A stretch of 64,000 nucleotides of DNA from Candidatus Omnitrophota bacterium (GCA_020632555.1 JACKFI010000001.1:133152-197151), one strand, 5' to 3'; numbered from the stretch's first letter, positions 48,012 to 57,714 are shown. Numbers and translations are program-made. The notes: generated by a model from the letters alone, not told the origin.

Positions 48012-50006
48012 TTATTTCTCTAACCTTGTCCGCAATACTTTAATTCTTTCTTCAATCAGCTGAATCTTGTGTTCCCGTTGTTCAATTTCAGATTGTTGAT
48101 TTTGAACAACCTTGGTTAAAACGGCAACAATATCCATTGTGCTCAAAGTTTTGCGGTCTTTAACCGCAACTAAACTCGGAACATCTTCGGCAATAAATCC
48201 AATATTCGTATGATCAGGATCATTTTTATATTCAAATGTAACCGGATTTAATTGCTCAAAAGCTTGCTGGGCATCTGCTCCTGTCAGCGGAATAATATTT
48301 TCTTTAAGCTTGCGGCTAGATCCATTTTCCCAGGATCCTCCAGAACTCACATAAGCCCCATTGCCAAACTCCATTGCATAAGTAGGATTTGTTGGCATTA
48401 TTTTTTGGCTGCCAATATAACCATTTCTTTTCACAATAAAAACATCCCCAGAAGTTATTTTTCCCAAAGCCAAGAAATTATCAGCAGTTCCGTTGGCATT
48501 AACTTCTAAAACACCAACCGGATTAGTATCCCTGATCCCAACTCTGGGATTCCAAACAACTCCGCCAATCGTTCCCGGCGCAATAATAAATGCATCCGGC
48601 ACAACAATAGAAACCGCTGTATCAGAATATCCCCACGCAAAAGTTCGCTGCGCGGTACTTGTCAAATTCATAAAACGTCCCCCAGCCCAAGAATAATCGC
48701 CATCTACTATATTGTCCGTCCCACCCATGATCGTAGAATACCCGCCGTAAGCTCTGTTTCGCTCACCCCCCGCGATCACAGAATAATTATAGCTAGCATC
48801 ATTTTGCCACCCACCACCTATAATCTGGCCGAAACCTCCGCGAATCACATTCGTGCGTCCACTAGAAATAAACGAATACCTATTACCAGTTAAAATGGAA
48901 TTGCTGTCCCCACCGGAAATTCGCACATATTCACCAGCTGGACTAAACACAGAAACGTATTCACCGGTTTTATTCGCCAAGCCACCGCCAATGCTTGAAT
49001 AAGGTCCCTCAACAATATTGCCCTCACCCCCCAAAACAATAGAATAATCAGATCTGACTTTATTGTCCTTACCCCCACCAATCAGCGAATACCCCGTCGG
49101 AACACCAAAATCAGTAAAATCAATTAAATTATTAAAACCACCATTGATGTTTGAATATGGAATTGTGACACGATTTTGTGCCCCGCCGGCAACAACACTA
49201 TAAATCGCAGTGGCCTGATTATCTAAACCCCCAAGAATCGCAGAAAAATCTCCGGAAACCACATTGTTTTCTCCACCCCAAAGTGCCGCATATCGACCAC
49301 TGGCCATATTGTCCTTGCCACCGCCAACCGCTGAAAAATCCGCACTGGCCGTGTTCCTAAATCCACTGCCAACCACAGAATATAATGCACTGGCAATATT
49401 TCCATCGCCGCCGCCGATAGCTGAATAATGTCCACTGGCCCTTGTATTCTTTCCAAAAGCCGTGGAATAATTGCCGATATTCCCATTGTCCCATTGAGCC
49501 CCATCAACATAACCGGCGCGAATCGCGGCTTTACGCGGATACCAAATAAACCGGCTGCCCGCTCCTAAATTCGGCAAGGTCGCGCCACTGCCAAATGTCC
49601 CCTTAGCCATAATCCCGCCATCTTTTATTAAAGTCAGTTTTGAATCCGGCGTGTTGGTCCCAATCCCAACACGCAATAAAGGATTGCTCAAAGTATCTTT
49701 CAAATAAATATCATCATTCGTTTGCATCCAAACATCACTAAGCGCTTCCCACGCACCATTACCGCTGCCATCATTGTGACAATACTGAAGACTCCCCAAA
49801 GAATTCACATACAAAGATCCAATCGGACAAGCCGCAGTCAAGTCTGCGCGTGGCAGTAAACGAAAAGTGTCATATTCCCCTACCAATGAAGGATAATAAA
49901 TATCCATTTTCATTTCTGGGCTCGCCTGCGCAACGGGGACAAACACAAATCCCGTACAAATGAGGAGAAGAATTAGGAAAAGTTTTTTTGAATTATTTAT
50001 CATCAT
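48012..50006 (-). CDS. Secreted tail-fibre-like repeat protein with C-terminal S74 chaperone domain (paralog 2)
   Basis: 664 aa. Signal peptide ..PVAQASPE. DIYYPSLVGEYDTFRLLPR. Same repeat core. C-terminal GSSRKLKENIIPL..LNPVTFEYK..NIGFIAEDVP. Confidence 0.75.
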   Translation of the reverse strand: MMINNSKKLFLILLLICTGFVFVPVAQASPEMKMDIYYPSLVGEYDTFRLLPRADLTAACPIGSLYVNSLGSLQYCHNDGSGNGAWEALSDVWMQTNDDIYLKDTLSNPLLRVGIGTNTPDSKLTLIKDGGIMAKGTFGSGATLPNLGAGSRFIWYPRKAAIRAGYVDGAQWDNGNIGNYSTAFGKNTRASGHYSAIGGGDGNIASALYSVVGSGFRNTASADFSAVGGGKDNMASGRYAALWGGENNVVSGDFSAILGGLDNQATAIYSVVAGGAQNRVTIPYSNINGGFNNLIDFTDFGVPTGYSLIGGGKDNKVRSDYSIVLGGEGNIVEGPYSSIGGGLANKTGEYVSVFSPAGEYVRISGGDSNSILTGNRYSFISSGRTNVIRGGFGQIIGGGWQNDASYNYSVIAGGERNRAYGGYSTIMGGTDNIVDGDYSWAGGRFMNLTSTAQRTFAWGYSDTAVSIVVPDAFIIAPGTIGGVVWNPRVGIRDTNPVGVLEVNANGTADNFLALGKITSGDVFIVKRNGYIGSQKIMPTNPTYAMEFGNGAYVSSGGSWENGSSRKLKENIIPLTGADAQQAFEQLNPVTFEYKNDPDHTNIGFIAEDVPSLVAVKDRKTLSTMDIVAVLTKVVQNQQSEIEQREHKIQLIEERIKVLRTRLEK

Positions 50007-50008
50007 AT

Positions 50009-51943
50009 TTACTCAAAGTGCCTGTTTAATTGCTCTAGCTCATTTAATAAATCTTCACTTTTTTGCTTCTGTTGCTCAATTTTCTCTTGTTGATAAGCAA
50101 CAACCTTGGTTAAAACCGCAGCAATATCCATTGGGGCTAATCCTTGGCGTTGTTTTTGAACAACCAAAGCAGGAACATCTTCGGCAATAAAACCAACATA
50201 TTCTTCATCTTTTTGTAATTTATAATTAAACCGTACCGGATTTAAACCACGCAATGTTTCTAAAGCTTGATCCAGGTCCAAAGCCGTAATATTTTCTTTA
50301 TATTCACGACTTGATGAAGGCATGAATTTACCACTGGCATCAACATAGGCACCGTTACCAAAATCCATAATGTATTGCGGATTACTCTTATTAACCCCAA
50401 TGCAACCATTGCAACTGCCGCCTTTCTTGATGGTAAAAATATCACCCACAACAGAACTAGAGTTGCTGGTAAAGTTTAAATAATCATCCGCAGAATTATT
50501 GCCATTAATTTCCAACCCAGCGGCAGGAGTTATATCGCGAATACCCATTCTGCCAGAATAAATGATAAAAGCATTGGCTGTCGAAATATCTGCAGGCGCT
50601 GCAGAATATCCCCACAAAAAAGTATTATTAGCCCCAGTGGTCAATCTCATATTTCGACCAGCAACAAATGAATATGGGCCAACAATAGAATTATCAGCCC
50701 CACCGGCAATCATCGAACAATCAGAAGCCGCCTCAACCCTATTGAGCTTACCCCCCATAACCGTTGCATAAGGACTCAAAACGCCATTGTCTTCTCCTGC
50801 GCCAATCACAGAATAATCCTGACTCACAGTATTTCTATGCCCACCACCGACGACCGAATAAAGACCCTGAACAAGATTATCACTGCCGCCGGCAATAACC
50901 GAATACTGTCCAGAAATAACATTTGACTTCCCACCGGAATTAACAGAATATGAAGCGCTGGACGAATTTAAATGCCCCCCCGCAATAACAGTCCGATCCG
51001 TTACATTGACAAAGGTGTTGGCCCGACCGCCGCTAATGACCCCATAACTGCTAACCTGACTTGGCGAAAAAGAATTATCCCCACCACCTGAAATTATTTG
51101 ATAATCATAATAAGTCTTATTATTGTTCCCACCCGCAATAATTCTAAAACGAGAATAATTATCCGACCCGCGCGGGTGAGAATTATCTCTCCCTCCGCCG
51201 ATATCAGACCACACGTCCCCCGCACTATTATTAAAACCGGCTAGTCCTCCCTCCCAACAATCATCACGGCAAACATTGTTTTCTCCACCAAGAATAATTC
51301 CGCCCTTAGCTGCATTCGATTTACCTCCTAAAATCATTCCCCATCTGGCATCGTTATTCTCGCCACCTAAAACAAACATCCCTCTGCTGCCATATCCCAT
51401 AACTACACTGCCTGGATCAATATTCCCAACATCCCATTCATTCCCGGCAGCATACCCGGAACGAAAAGCTTTTTTCGATGGAATCCACATCAAGCGCGTA
51501 CCGGCTCCCGCAGTAACTAAGGCTGTCCCACTGGCCCAACTGGGCGTAAACCATCGCGATAAAATTCCACCATCACCGGCGAGCGTTAACTTAAACTGCG
51601 GCATCATTGTTCCAATCCCAACTTTTTTAGCTGCTGGATTCGTCGTATCGGCAAGATGGAGATTGTCTCCTGTCAATACCCACGTACCAGAGACAAGCAC
51701 GTATTTAGAAAACGGAGTGTCCTTAACACAATAATAAAGTCTGCCTAGGTCTGTCGCATTGGCATACAATGTACCAACAGGACAATTTGTATTTGGAGTA
51801 ATAGCTGGCTGAGGATTTAATCTGAGTTTGCTGTAATTTCCCGTTGGAGCAGGATAGTAGGACGTCATTTCCAAACCGCTGCAAGCTGCACAGGCGATAA
51901 ACGCGAACGAAAAAAACAAATATGCTGAAAATATTCTTCGCAT
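50009..51943 (-). CDS. Secreted tail-fibre-like repeat protein with C-terminal S74 chaperone domain (paralog 3)
   Basis: 644 aa. Signal/lipobox-like FIACAACSG. TSYYPAPTGNYSKLRLNPQ. Same repeat core. C-terminal PSSREYKENITALD..LNPVRFNYK..YVGFIAEDVP. 2-nt gap to paralog 2. Confidence 0.75.
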   Translation of the reverse strand: MRRIFSAYLFFSFAFIACAACSGLEMTSYYPAPTGNYSKLRLNPQPAITPNTNCPVGTLYANATDLGRLYYCVKDTPFSKYVLVSGTWVLTGDNLHLADTTNPAAKKVGIGTMMPQFKLTLAGDGGILSRWFTPSWASGTALVTAGAGTRLMWIPSKKAFRSGYAAGNEWDVGNIDPGSVVMGYGSRGMFVLGGENNDARWGMILGGKSNAAKGGIILGGENNVCRDDCWEGGLAGFNNSAGDVWSDIGGGRDNSHPRGSDNYSRFRIIAGGNNNKTYYDYQIISGGGDNSFSPSQVSSYGVISGGRANTFVNVTDRTVIAGGHLNSSSASYSVNSGGKSNVISGQYSVIAGGSDNLVQGLYSVVGGGHRNTVSQDYSVIGAGEDNGVLSPYATVMGGKLNRVEAASDCSMIAGGADNSIVGPYSFVAGRNMRLTTGANNTFLWGYSAAPADISTANAFIIYSGRMGIRDITPAAGLEINGNNSADDYLNFTSNSSSVVGDIFTIKKGGSCNGCIGVNKSNPQYIMDFGNGAYVDASGKFMPSSSREYKENITALDLDQALETLRGLNPVRFNYKLQKDEEYVGFIAEDVPALVVQKQRQGLAPMDIAAVLTKVVAYQQEKIEQQKQKSEDLLNELEQLNRHFE

Positions 51944-52033
51944 AAGCGGTTTTGAAAAAGACCAACTGATATAAAAAAAACACTTTTTTATACTATAGGA
52001 GAAGTATACCTGAAAAAATGACTAGTCACAATG

Positions 52034-53317
52034 TCAAGAATGCATCTTTTCAGTCAAAAAGGCAAGATCGCCGCCGTGGCGATAACGAATCATACCGGCA
52101 ATGCCTACAATGGTAAAAATCGCGCCCACCGAAACCAAAATCCAAAACGCGTCAATACGTTCAGCTAGCCATGAACTGATCAACATGGAGGTCAAAAACG
52201 CAAAATGAATAACGATTTCCAACGCGCTAAAAACTTTTCCTCGCATCGCCTCATCACTGGCCACATGAACAATCGTATTAGACGCGATAAAAATCGGACC
52301 AATCACAATACCCAATAAAAACGCCAGAATCCCAGCCAAAAAAACACTTGGGTATTGCTGGACGGTCGTCGCGAAAACAATAACCATCGCTCCGCCAGCC
52401 ATCAAGCTCAAAAAAATCGTACGCGACCACAAAACTTTTTTGCCCCAACGCCCATAAAGCAAAGCGCCAATAAAGAGCCCCACACCTAAGCAAACAGCCA
52501 AAACACCCAAGTCCCGCGTGACCGTGTTAAAAGCTTTTTGAATAAAAACGATAATGACTACATAAATAGCACCAGCTGCGGACAAAAGAATAAAAAACAT
52601 ATTCATCACGAAACGAATCTGACGCTGGCTAAACAAATACTGCAAGCCTTCTTTGATTTCTGAAAAAAAAGATTTCTCAATCGCAAGAAATTCCTTGCCC
52701 TTATCAATGATTTGTTTTTTACTCAATTCGACATGAAACTTAGCACCCATTGATCCAATTAATAACGCTGAAAAAAAGTATGTTGCTCCATCACCAAAAA
52801 AACCTGCTTTCACGCCAACTTTATCAACCAAAAAACCACCTAATGCACAACCCAAGACAAAAGCCAACATACCTGTGGTCGTCAAAAGCGAATTGGCCAT
52901 CAAAATATTTTCGGCGGGAACAAGTTCAGGAACAATAGACATTTTAGCGGGCACATAAAAACGGCTAAAACAAAAAATCAGAAAAACAATAATATAAATT
53001 TCGATCATGGATTGTTTATACAAAAAGAAAAAAGGAATGATCAAAACCAGAAGTCCACGAACCAAATCACATACAAATAATGTCTTGCGTTTGTCCCAAC
53101 GATCCACATAAACGCCGGCAATAGGCCCGACGATAAAAACGGGAATAATCGTAAACGACAACAGTTTGGCCAAGCTGTAAGCTGAACCAGGTTCACGCTG
53201 GGCAATCAAACCAATCAAGGCCATTTGATTTAAGCGATCTCCAAACTGCGAAATCAGCTGTGCCCACCACAGACGCATAAACTGCTTATTTTTTTTATCA
53301 AAAATAAAACGCAACAT
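52034..53317 (-). CDS. MFS transporter
   Basis: 427 aa, about 12 TM helices. GVYVDRWDKRKT loop motif between TM2 and TM3. Confidence 0.85.
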   Translation of the reverse strand: MLRFIFDKKNKQFMRLWWAQLISQFGDRLNQMALIGLIAQREPGSAYSLAKLLSFTIIPVFIVGPIAGVYVDRWDKRKTLFVCDLVRGLLVLIIPFFFLYKQSMIEIYIIVFLIFCFSRFYVPAKMSIVPELVPAENILMANSLLTTTGMLAFVLGCALGGFLVDKVGVKAGFFGDGATYFFSALLIGSMGAKFHVELSKKQIIDKGKEFLAIEKSFFSEIKEGLQYLFSQRQIRFVMNMFFILLSAAGAIYVVIIVFIQKAFNTVTRDLGVLAVCLGVGLFIGALLYGRWGKKVLWSRTIFLSLMAGGAMVIVFATTVQQYPSVFLAGILAFLLGIVIGPIFIASNTIVHVASDEAMRGKVFSALEIVIHFAFLTSMLISSWLAERIDAFWILVSVGAIFTIVGIAGMIRYRHGGDLAFLTEKMHS

Positions 53318-53320
53318 AAT

Positions 53321-55126
53321 TTAAAGCTTCTCAATACGCCGGGCCATATCGGCCAAATGCATAGTCGCCAGACGATCCAATTCATCAGGACCGGACTTGA
53401 GCAACAAAACACGCTCATAAAACGCGATCGCTTTTTCCCGTTGCCCCAGCATTTGATACGTTGAAGCGAGGTTAAATAAAGCTTCTTTCAAATTTCCATC
53501 TAATGAAATTGCTTTTTCGTAATACTCAATGGCCCGCCGGGGATCAGATAATTTCGAATACAAAATCCCCAAACTATGGTAACCGCGCGCATTATCGGGT
53601 TTTTCTCTCATCAAACGTTCATAATGTGAAACCAAAAACAATTCCGTAGACTTGATATTATCGTCAAGCAAGTTCTTCAAATCGCCCGGATCGGTAATCT
53701 TATCATATTCGCGCAAACCTTCCCAAAACTTACCTTGATCACATAAGGATTTACCCAAACCAATGCGCGCCCGGATATTAAAAGGTTCAACATCCAAAAC
53801 TTTTCGAAAATTATGTTCAGCCAGATCAAACCGATTGCGCTTAGCATAAGATAAAGCCAAAGAATTGCGAATACGCGTATTGGTCGGATTAATGGACAAA
53901 GTGCGCTCGAACATTGCGATTTCATTGCTGGAATAAATGTTGTATTGAATCGTTAAAAGAATCAAAAATAAAGAAAACCCTATCACACCAGAGCGAATCA
54001 TGAAAGGAGAAATCAATTTACGGCGCGCACAGGCTTTTTTGTAATGCTCAAAGAGCACCATGGCTAAAACAAAAATACCAATGCTGGGCACATATAAAAA
54101 ATGCTCCGCTGTTGAAATATAGCCCGGCTGGACTCCCACTGTTGTAATAATCTGAGAAACAGGTAAAAGTTCAATAAAAAACCAGCTCACACAAAAAGCT
54201 TGCAACCCTGTGATTTTCTCGCGCTTAATCCAAGCCATCGCCATTAAGGCCAAGAAAAATAGCACAGTCAGAATCACCTGAGTGTCCATGAAACTAATAA
54301 AAATCGGCTGAGAACGATCAAAATAAAGATCAACCGGAAAAATGAAAAGGCGCAAATCGATGATCACACTTTTTAAAAATGTCAAAAAACCCAAAACCAT
54401 TTCACTCGCCGATCGCCACGGAAAAGTTCTCGTAATGCCTAAAATATGGCGTATCCCCAAATAAACTCCGGCGACAGCAGCGTAAGGAACAAGGCCAACG
54501 AAAAGTTTTTTAAAATGAAAGCTTTGTTTTTCCTTAATAAAATAAGAATAACTTAAAAACACCAATGGAAGAATACCCGCGGATTCTTTGCACAGCAGCG
54601 CCAAAGCAAACGCGATCAGTGAAAAATACGAATAATATTTCCGGCGGTCGGAATAAATAAAAAAATAAAATGACGCCAGCCCATAAAAAGCGCACAAAAG
54701 AATAGAACGCCCGGGAATATTAGACACCGCCTCCCATTGAATCGGATGCAAAGCAAACAAAAATGCCGCTCCCAAGGCCATGGCTCGTCGATCTGTCAAA
54801 GCAAAAACAATCGCAAAAACCCAGAAAGCGTTGAGAATATGAATAAGAATATTGTCTACATAATACGGAACGGGATCGAGTTTAAAAAAATGGTATTCCT
54901 TCATAAAACTCAGCGTAACCAATGGCCGATAATAAGCCTCCCCACTAAAAAAAGCGCTGGTCATCACTTTGGGAATATTACGAAAACTGCGAACATCTTC
55001 ATTGCGGACAATTGAATAATCATCATCCAGCGTCTTAAAAGCGCCATTAATGCTAAACGAATAGACAAAACATGTCATAAACGCCAACAAAATCAACCCA
55101 ACAAGTGTTTTACGTTTTTCAATCAT
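53321..55126 (-). CDS. GT-C-fold membrane glycosyltransferase with C-terminal TPR repeats (TMTC/PMT-like), paralog A
   Basis: 601 aa. First-loop acidic motif FKTLDDDYSIVRNEDV, YYRPLVTLSF, about 10 TM helices, then 4-5 TPR units (..YHSLGILYSKLSDPRRAIEYYEKAISLD..). Confidence 0.7.
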   Translation of the reverse strand: MIEKRKTLVGLILLAFMTCFVYSFSINGAFKTLDDDYSIVRNEDVRSFRNIPKVMTSAFFSGEAYYRPLVTLSFMKEYHFFKLDPVPYYVDNILIHILNAFWVFAIVFALTDRRAMALGAAFLFALHPIQWEAVSNIPGRSILLCAFYGLASFYFFIYSDRRKYYSYFSLIAFALALLCKESAGILPLVFLSYSYFIKEKQSFHFKKLFVGLVPYAAVAGVYLGIRHILGITRTFPWRSASEMVLGFLTFLKSVIIDLRLFIFPVDLYFDRSQPIFISFMDTQVILTVLFFLALMAMAWIKREKITGLQAFCVSWFFIELLPVSQIITTVGVQPGYISTAEHFLYVPSIGIFVLAMVLFEHYKKACARRKLISPFMIRSGVIGFSLFLILLTIQYNIYSSNEIAMFERTLSINPTNTRIRNSLALSYAKRNRFDLAEHNFRKVLDVEPFNIRARIGLGKSLCDQGKFWEGLREYDKITDPGDLKNLLDDNIKSTELFLVSHYERLMREKPDNARGYHSLGILYSKLSDPRRAIEYYEKAISLDGNLKEALFNLASTYQMLGQREKAIAFYERVLLLKSGPDELDRLATMHLADMARRIEKL

Positions 55127-56927
55127 TTTTTTTCTCTGCCTGGTTAAGGTAATTTTCTACCGCTTTTAAATTCATATCCCCATCAAACTTTTCTTGAGCT
55201 TTTGCCAATACCGTCCGCGCTTGCGGCAAATCACCGGCCTCAATGTTAATATGTATCACAAAAACATAAGCCAGTACCGATTGAGAATCAACTGCCATGG
55301 CCTGCAAAGCACAATCTTTTGCCGACACATAATCTTTTTTAATCAAATAATTCCTCGAAAGCTCCAAATACAATCCCGAAAAACCGGGAGCCAACTCAAT
55401 GGCTTTCTTCAAATAACCAATCGCGGCGTCGGGAGTAGCAGCCGCTTTACTTAGAAGATGATAAGTCATAAATTTTTCTTTGTCACTGGAAATAAACGGA
55501 TTATTCATCGCGACTTTAAGATGTTGTGTAAGATATTTAACCGCCTGCGGCGAATGACCTGCCAAATAACTATCCAAGCCTAAAATCCAATACGGGCGAG
55601 AACTATCCGGATACCGGCGAATCATTTCGCGGCAAGCCACAAAATTATTTCTAAAGAAATCATTATTGGCAATGGTTAAAATAATCAAAAACCCTGTCCA
55701 AACTCCTGGCAATATCAATCTCATGTTCAACGTAATATGTCGTCGAGTAAACCACTGCGCAAGATGGTCTATACCAATCGCAAATAACAAAAAAAATCCA
55801 ATCGACGGCAAATACAAGAAACGAAATGCTAAAGGATTAAGCAAAGGAAAGATCCCAGAAGCCGGGAAATAATTGACAAAAAACCACACAAACCCAAAAG
55901 TAATAATTTTATCGCGTCGAAAAAAATTAACGGCTAAAATTATGGACAATAAGCTAACAACCAACGGCACCATCAATTCCCAAATCGGCATTGGAAAAAT
56001 TGGCGGGGCATACAAGGGAGGAAGAACAGAAACTTTAAACGGCAAAACCAGCGCCACGCAGTACTGTAAGAAAAGTTTAAGCATCAAGACAATTTGCGCT
56101 AAACCTTTTAAAGCATAAGGCGAAGGCTGTAAATAAAATACATTAGGAATTAAAATGAAGTACACACATAAATAAAAGATCGTGATTCCAGCCAAAACCG
56201 CGTAAAGCCCCTTCTTTTGACCAAGAATCTGTCGACCCTTTTGCGCTGAAAGAAAGAACCAGTCGACAATAAAAATAATAAATGGAAAAGTTACTGCTGT
56301 TTCTTTTGAAAACAAAGCCAAAAAATATGACACTCCGACAAGACCAAACCAGAGGCCTTTTCTTTTAGCCTCACTAAAGCGCGCATAAGCTAAAACCGCG
56401 CACAAATAAAACATCGTCATCAAAATATCCGAACGATACCCGCTGGCATTGACAACTTCCGACTGAATTGGATGGACTGCGAAAAAACTTGCCGCCCAAA
56501 AAGCTATTTTTTTATTGCCGGAAATCCGCAGGATAAAATAAAAAACCAAAATGCAGGTCAAAAAATGAAGAAATATATTACTAAAATGATGCCCCGTCGG
56601 ATTGTTCTTCCATAAAGCGTAATCTATAAAAAAGGTCGCAGCGCTAACCGGACGATAAGAAACGCACCCGGAAAAAGATTGAGTCTTTTGTGAAGCATCA
56701 TAAGTCGACGGATTCATGACCAAATCTTGTGAGAAAATCTTTGGGAAATTGGTCAGACTTTTATAAAATTCATTGCCGCTAAAAAGAGCCTTGTCGTCGC
56801 CAACAAAGTCATTTTGCAAACAATTGTGAAAAGCGGCTGCAACAAAAAGCGCTAAAAGAAAAATAATTAATCGATTGGTGAAGGGAATTTTTGTGAAGGA
56901 AAAATTTTTCAAGGCACGAAGAATCAA
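55119..56927 (-). CDS. GT-C-fold membrane glycosyltransferase with C-terminal TPR repeats (TMTC/PMT-like), paralog B
   Basis: 602 aa. NDFVGDDKALFSGNEF, SYRPVSAATFF, multi-TM core, C-terminal TPR units. 8-nt overlap with paralog A. Confidence 0.7.
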   Translation of the reverse strand: MILRALKNFSFTKIPFTNRLIIFLLALFVAAAFHNCLQNDFVGDDKALFSGNEFYKSLTNFPKIFSQDLVMNPSTYDASQKTQSFSGCVSYRPVSAATFFIDYALWKNNPTGHHFSNIFLHFLTCILVFYFILRISGNKKIAFWAASFFAVHPIQSEVVNASGYRSDILMTMFYLCAVLAYARFSEAKRKGLWFGLVGVSYFLALFSKETAVTFPFIIFIVDWFFLSAQKGRQILGQKKGLYAVLAGITIFYLCVYFILIPNVFYLQPSPYALKGLAQIVLMLKLFLQYCVALVLPFKVSVLPPLYAPPIFPMPIWELMVPLVVSLLSIILAVNFFRRDKIITFGFVWFFVNYFPASGIFPLLNPLAFRFLYLPSIGFFLLFAIGIDHLAQWFTRRHITLNMRLILPGVWTGFLIILTIANNDFFRNNFVACREMIRRYPDSSRPYWILGLDSYLAGHSPQAVKYLTQHLKVAMNNPFISSDKEKFMTYHLLSKAAATPDAAIGYLKKAIELAPGFSGLYLELSRNYLIKKDYVSAKDCALQAMAVDSQSVLAYVFVIHINIEAGDLPQARTVLAKAQEKFDGDMNLKAVENYLNQAEKKND

Positions 56928-56951
56928 ATTTTAATGAAACATCAAAAAACA

Positions 56952-57024
56952 AGCTGGCGGTCAGGGTTGAACTGACGGCCTGCGCATTACGAATGCGCTG
57001 CTCTACCGACTGAGCTACGCCAGC
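56952..57024 (-). tRNA. tRNA-Thr (CGT)
   Basis: rc = GCTGGCGTAGCTCAGTCGGTAGAGCAGCGCATTCGTAATGCGCAGGCCGTCAGTTCAACCCTGACCGCCAGCT. All four stems pair. Anticodon loop TTCGTAA. Confidence 0.9.
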
Positions 57025-57483
57025 GAATTACCTTAAAATAATCAAAACAAACCTTAAGAAAAATTCGCCAGTACTGTTTTCCTTATATCTTTTTACAGAA
57101 AAAACAGTGCGCCAGCAAACTTCCACTAAACTTACAAAATTTACCCTTAGAACAGTTTGCCAGTACTGCCTTCTACTTTTACTATCTTGAGAAGGCATGT
57201 ACGCCAGCGAATTACCTTAAAATCATCAAAACAACCTTAAGAAAAATTTGCCAGTACTGTTTTCCTTATATCTTTTTACAGAAAAAACAGTGCGCCAGCA
57301 AACTTCCACTAAACTTACAAAATTTACCCTTAGAACAGTTTGCCAGTACTGCCTTCTACTTTTACTATCTTGAGAAGGCATGTACGCCAGCGAATTACCT
57401 TAAAATCATCAAAACAAACCTTAAGAAAAATTTACCAGTACTGTTTTCCTTATATCTTTTTACAGAAAAAACAGTGCGCCAGC
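57017..57483. repeat. Tandem repeat, about 2.6 copies of 183-184 bp, starting inside the 5' end of tRNA-Thr
   Basis: ACGCCAGCGAATTACCTTAAAAT recurs at 57017, 57201 and 57384. Each unit holds two ~91-bp sub-units: a hairpin (ACTGTTTTCC..GAAAAAACAGT or TGCCTTCT..AGAAGGCA) bracketed by GCCAGTACTG and CGCCAGC, then an A-rich spacer. Confidence 0.9.
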
Positions 57484-57503
57484 ATTTACATCAAATTTTT
57501 CGC

Positions 57504-57650
57504 GGGAAACCGGGACATCACCCACCGAACAACATTGCACCAAACTAAAAAAAAAGAATGGTGCCGAGACTAAGGGATTGTTGTGGGAAACCGGGATTTC
57601 ACCCACCGAACAACAAAGCACCAAACTAAAAAAAAGAATGGTGCCGAGAC
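57504..57650. repeat. 81-bp tandem duplication carrying the 3' end of tRNA-Phe
   Basis: GGGAAACCGGGAYWTCACCCACCGAACAACAWWGCACCAAACTAAAAAAAA(A)GAATGGTGCCGAGAC occurs at 57504-57570 and 57585-57650. The second copy runs into the intact tRNA; the first ends in a 12-nt tRNA 3' fragment. Confidence 0.85.
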
Positions 57651-57714
57651 CCGGAATTGAACCGGGGACGCACGGCTTTTCAGGCCGTCGCTCTACCGAC
57701 TGAGCTATCTCGGC
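57639..57714 (-). tRNA. tRNA-Phe (GAA), CCA encoded
   Basis: rc = GCCGAGATAGCTCAGTCGGTAGAGCGACGGCCTGAAAAGCCGTGCGTCCCCGGTTCAATTCCGGGTCTCGGCACCA. All stems pair. Anticodon loop CTGAAAA. Confidence 0.9.

Noticed and set aside
45975-51943. Prophage or tailocin interpretation of the three tail-fibre-like genes
   Set aside because: All three have Sec signal peptides. No capsid, sheath, baseplate, terminase, lysis or integrase genes flank them. The neighbours are purN, an MFS transporter and glycosyltransferases.
57017-57483. CRISPR-array interpretation of the tandem repeats near tRNA-Thr (and of 38828-39040)
   Set aside because: The whole 183-bp (or 116-bp) unit is repeated, including what would be the spacers. 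There is no short constant repeat alternating with unique spacers, and no cas genes occur in the window.
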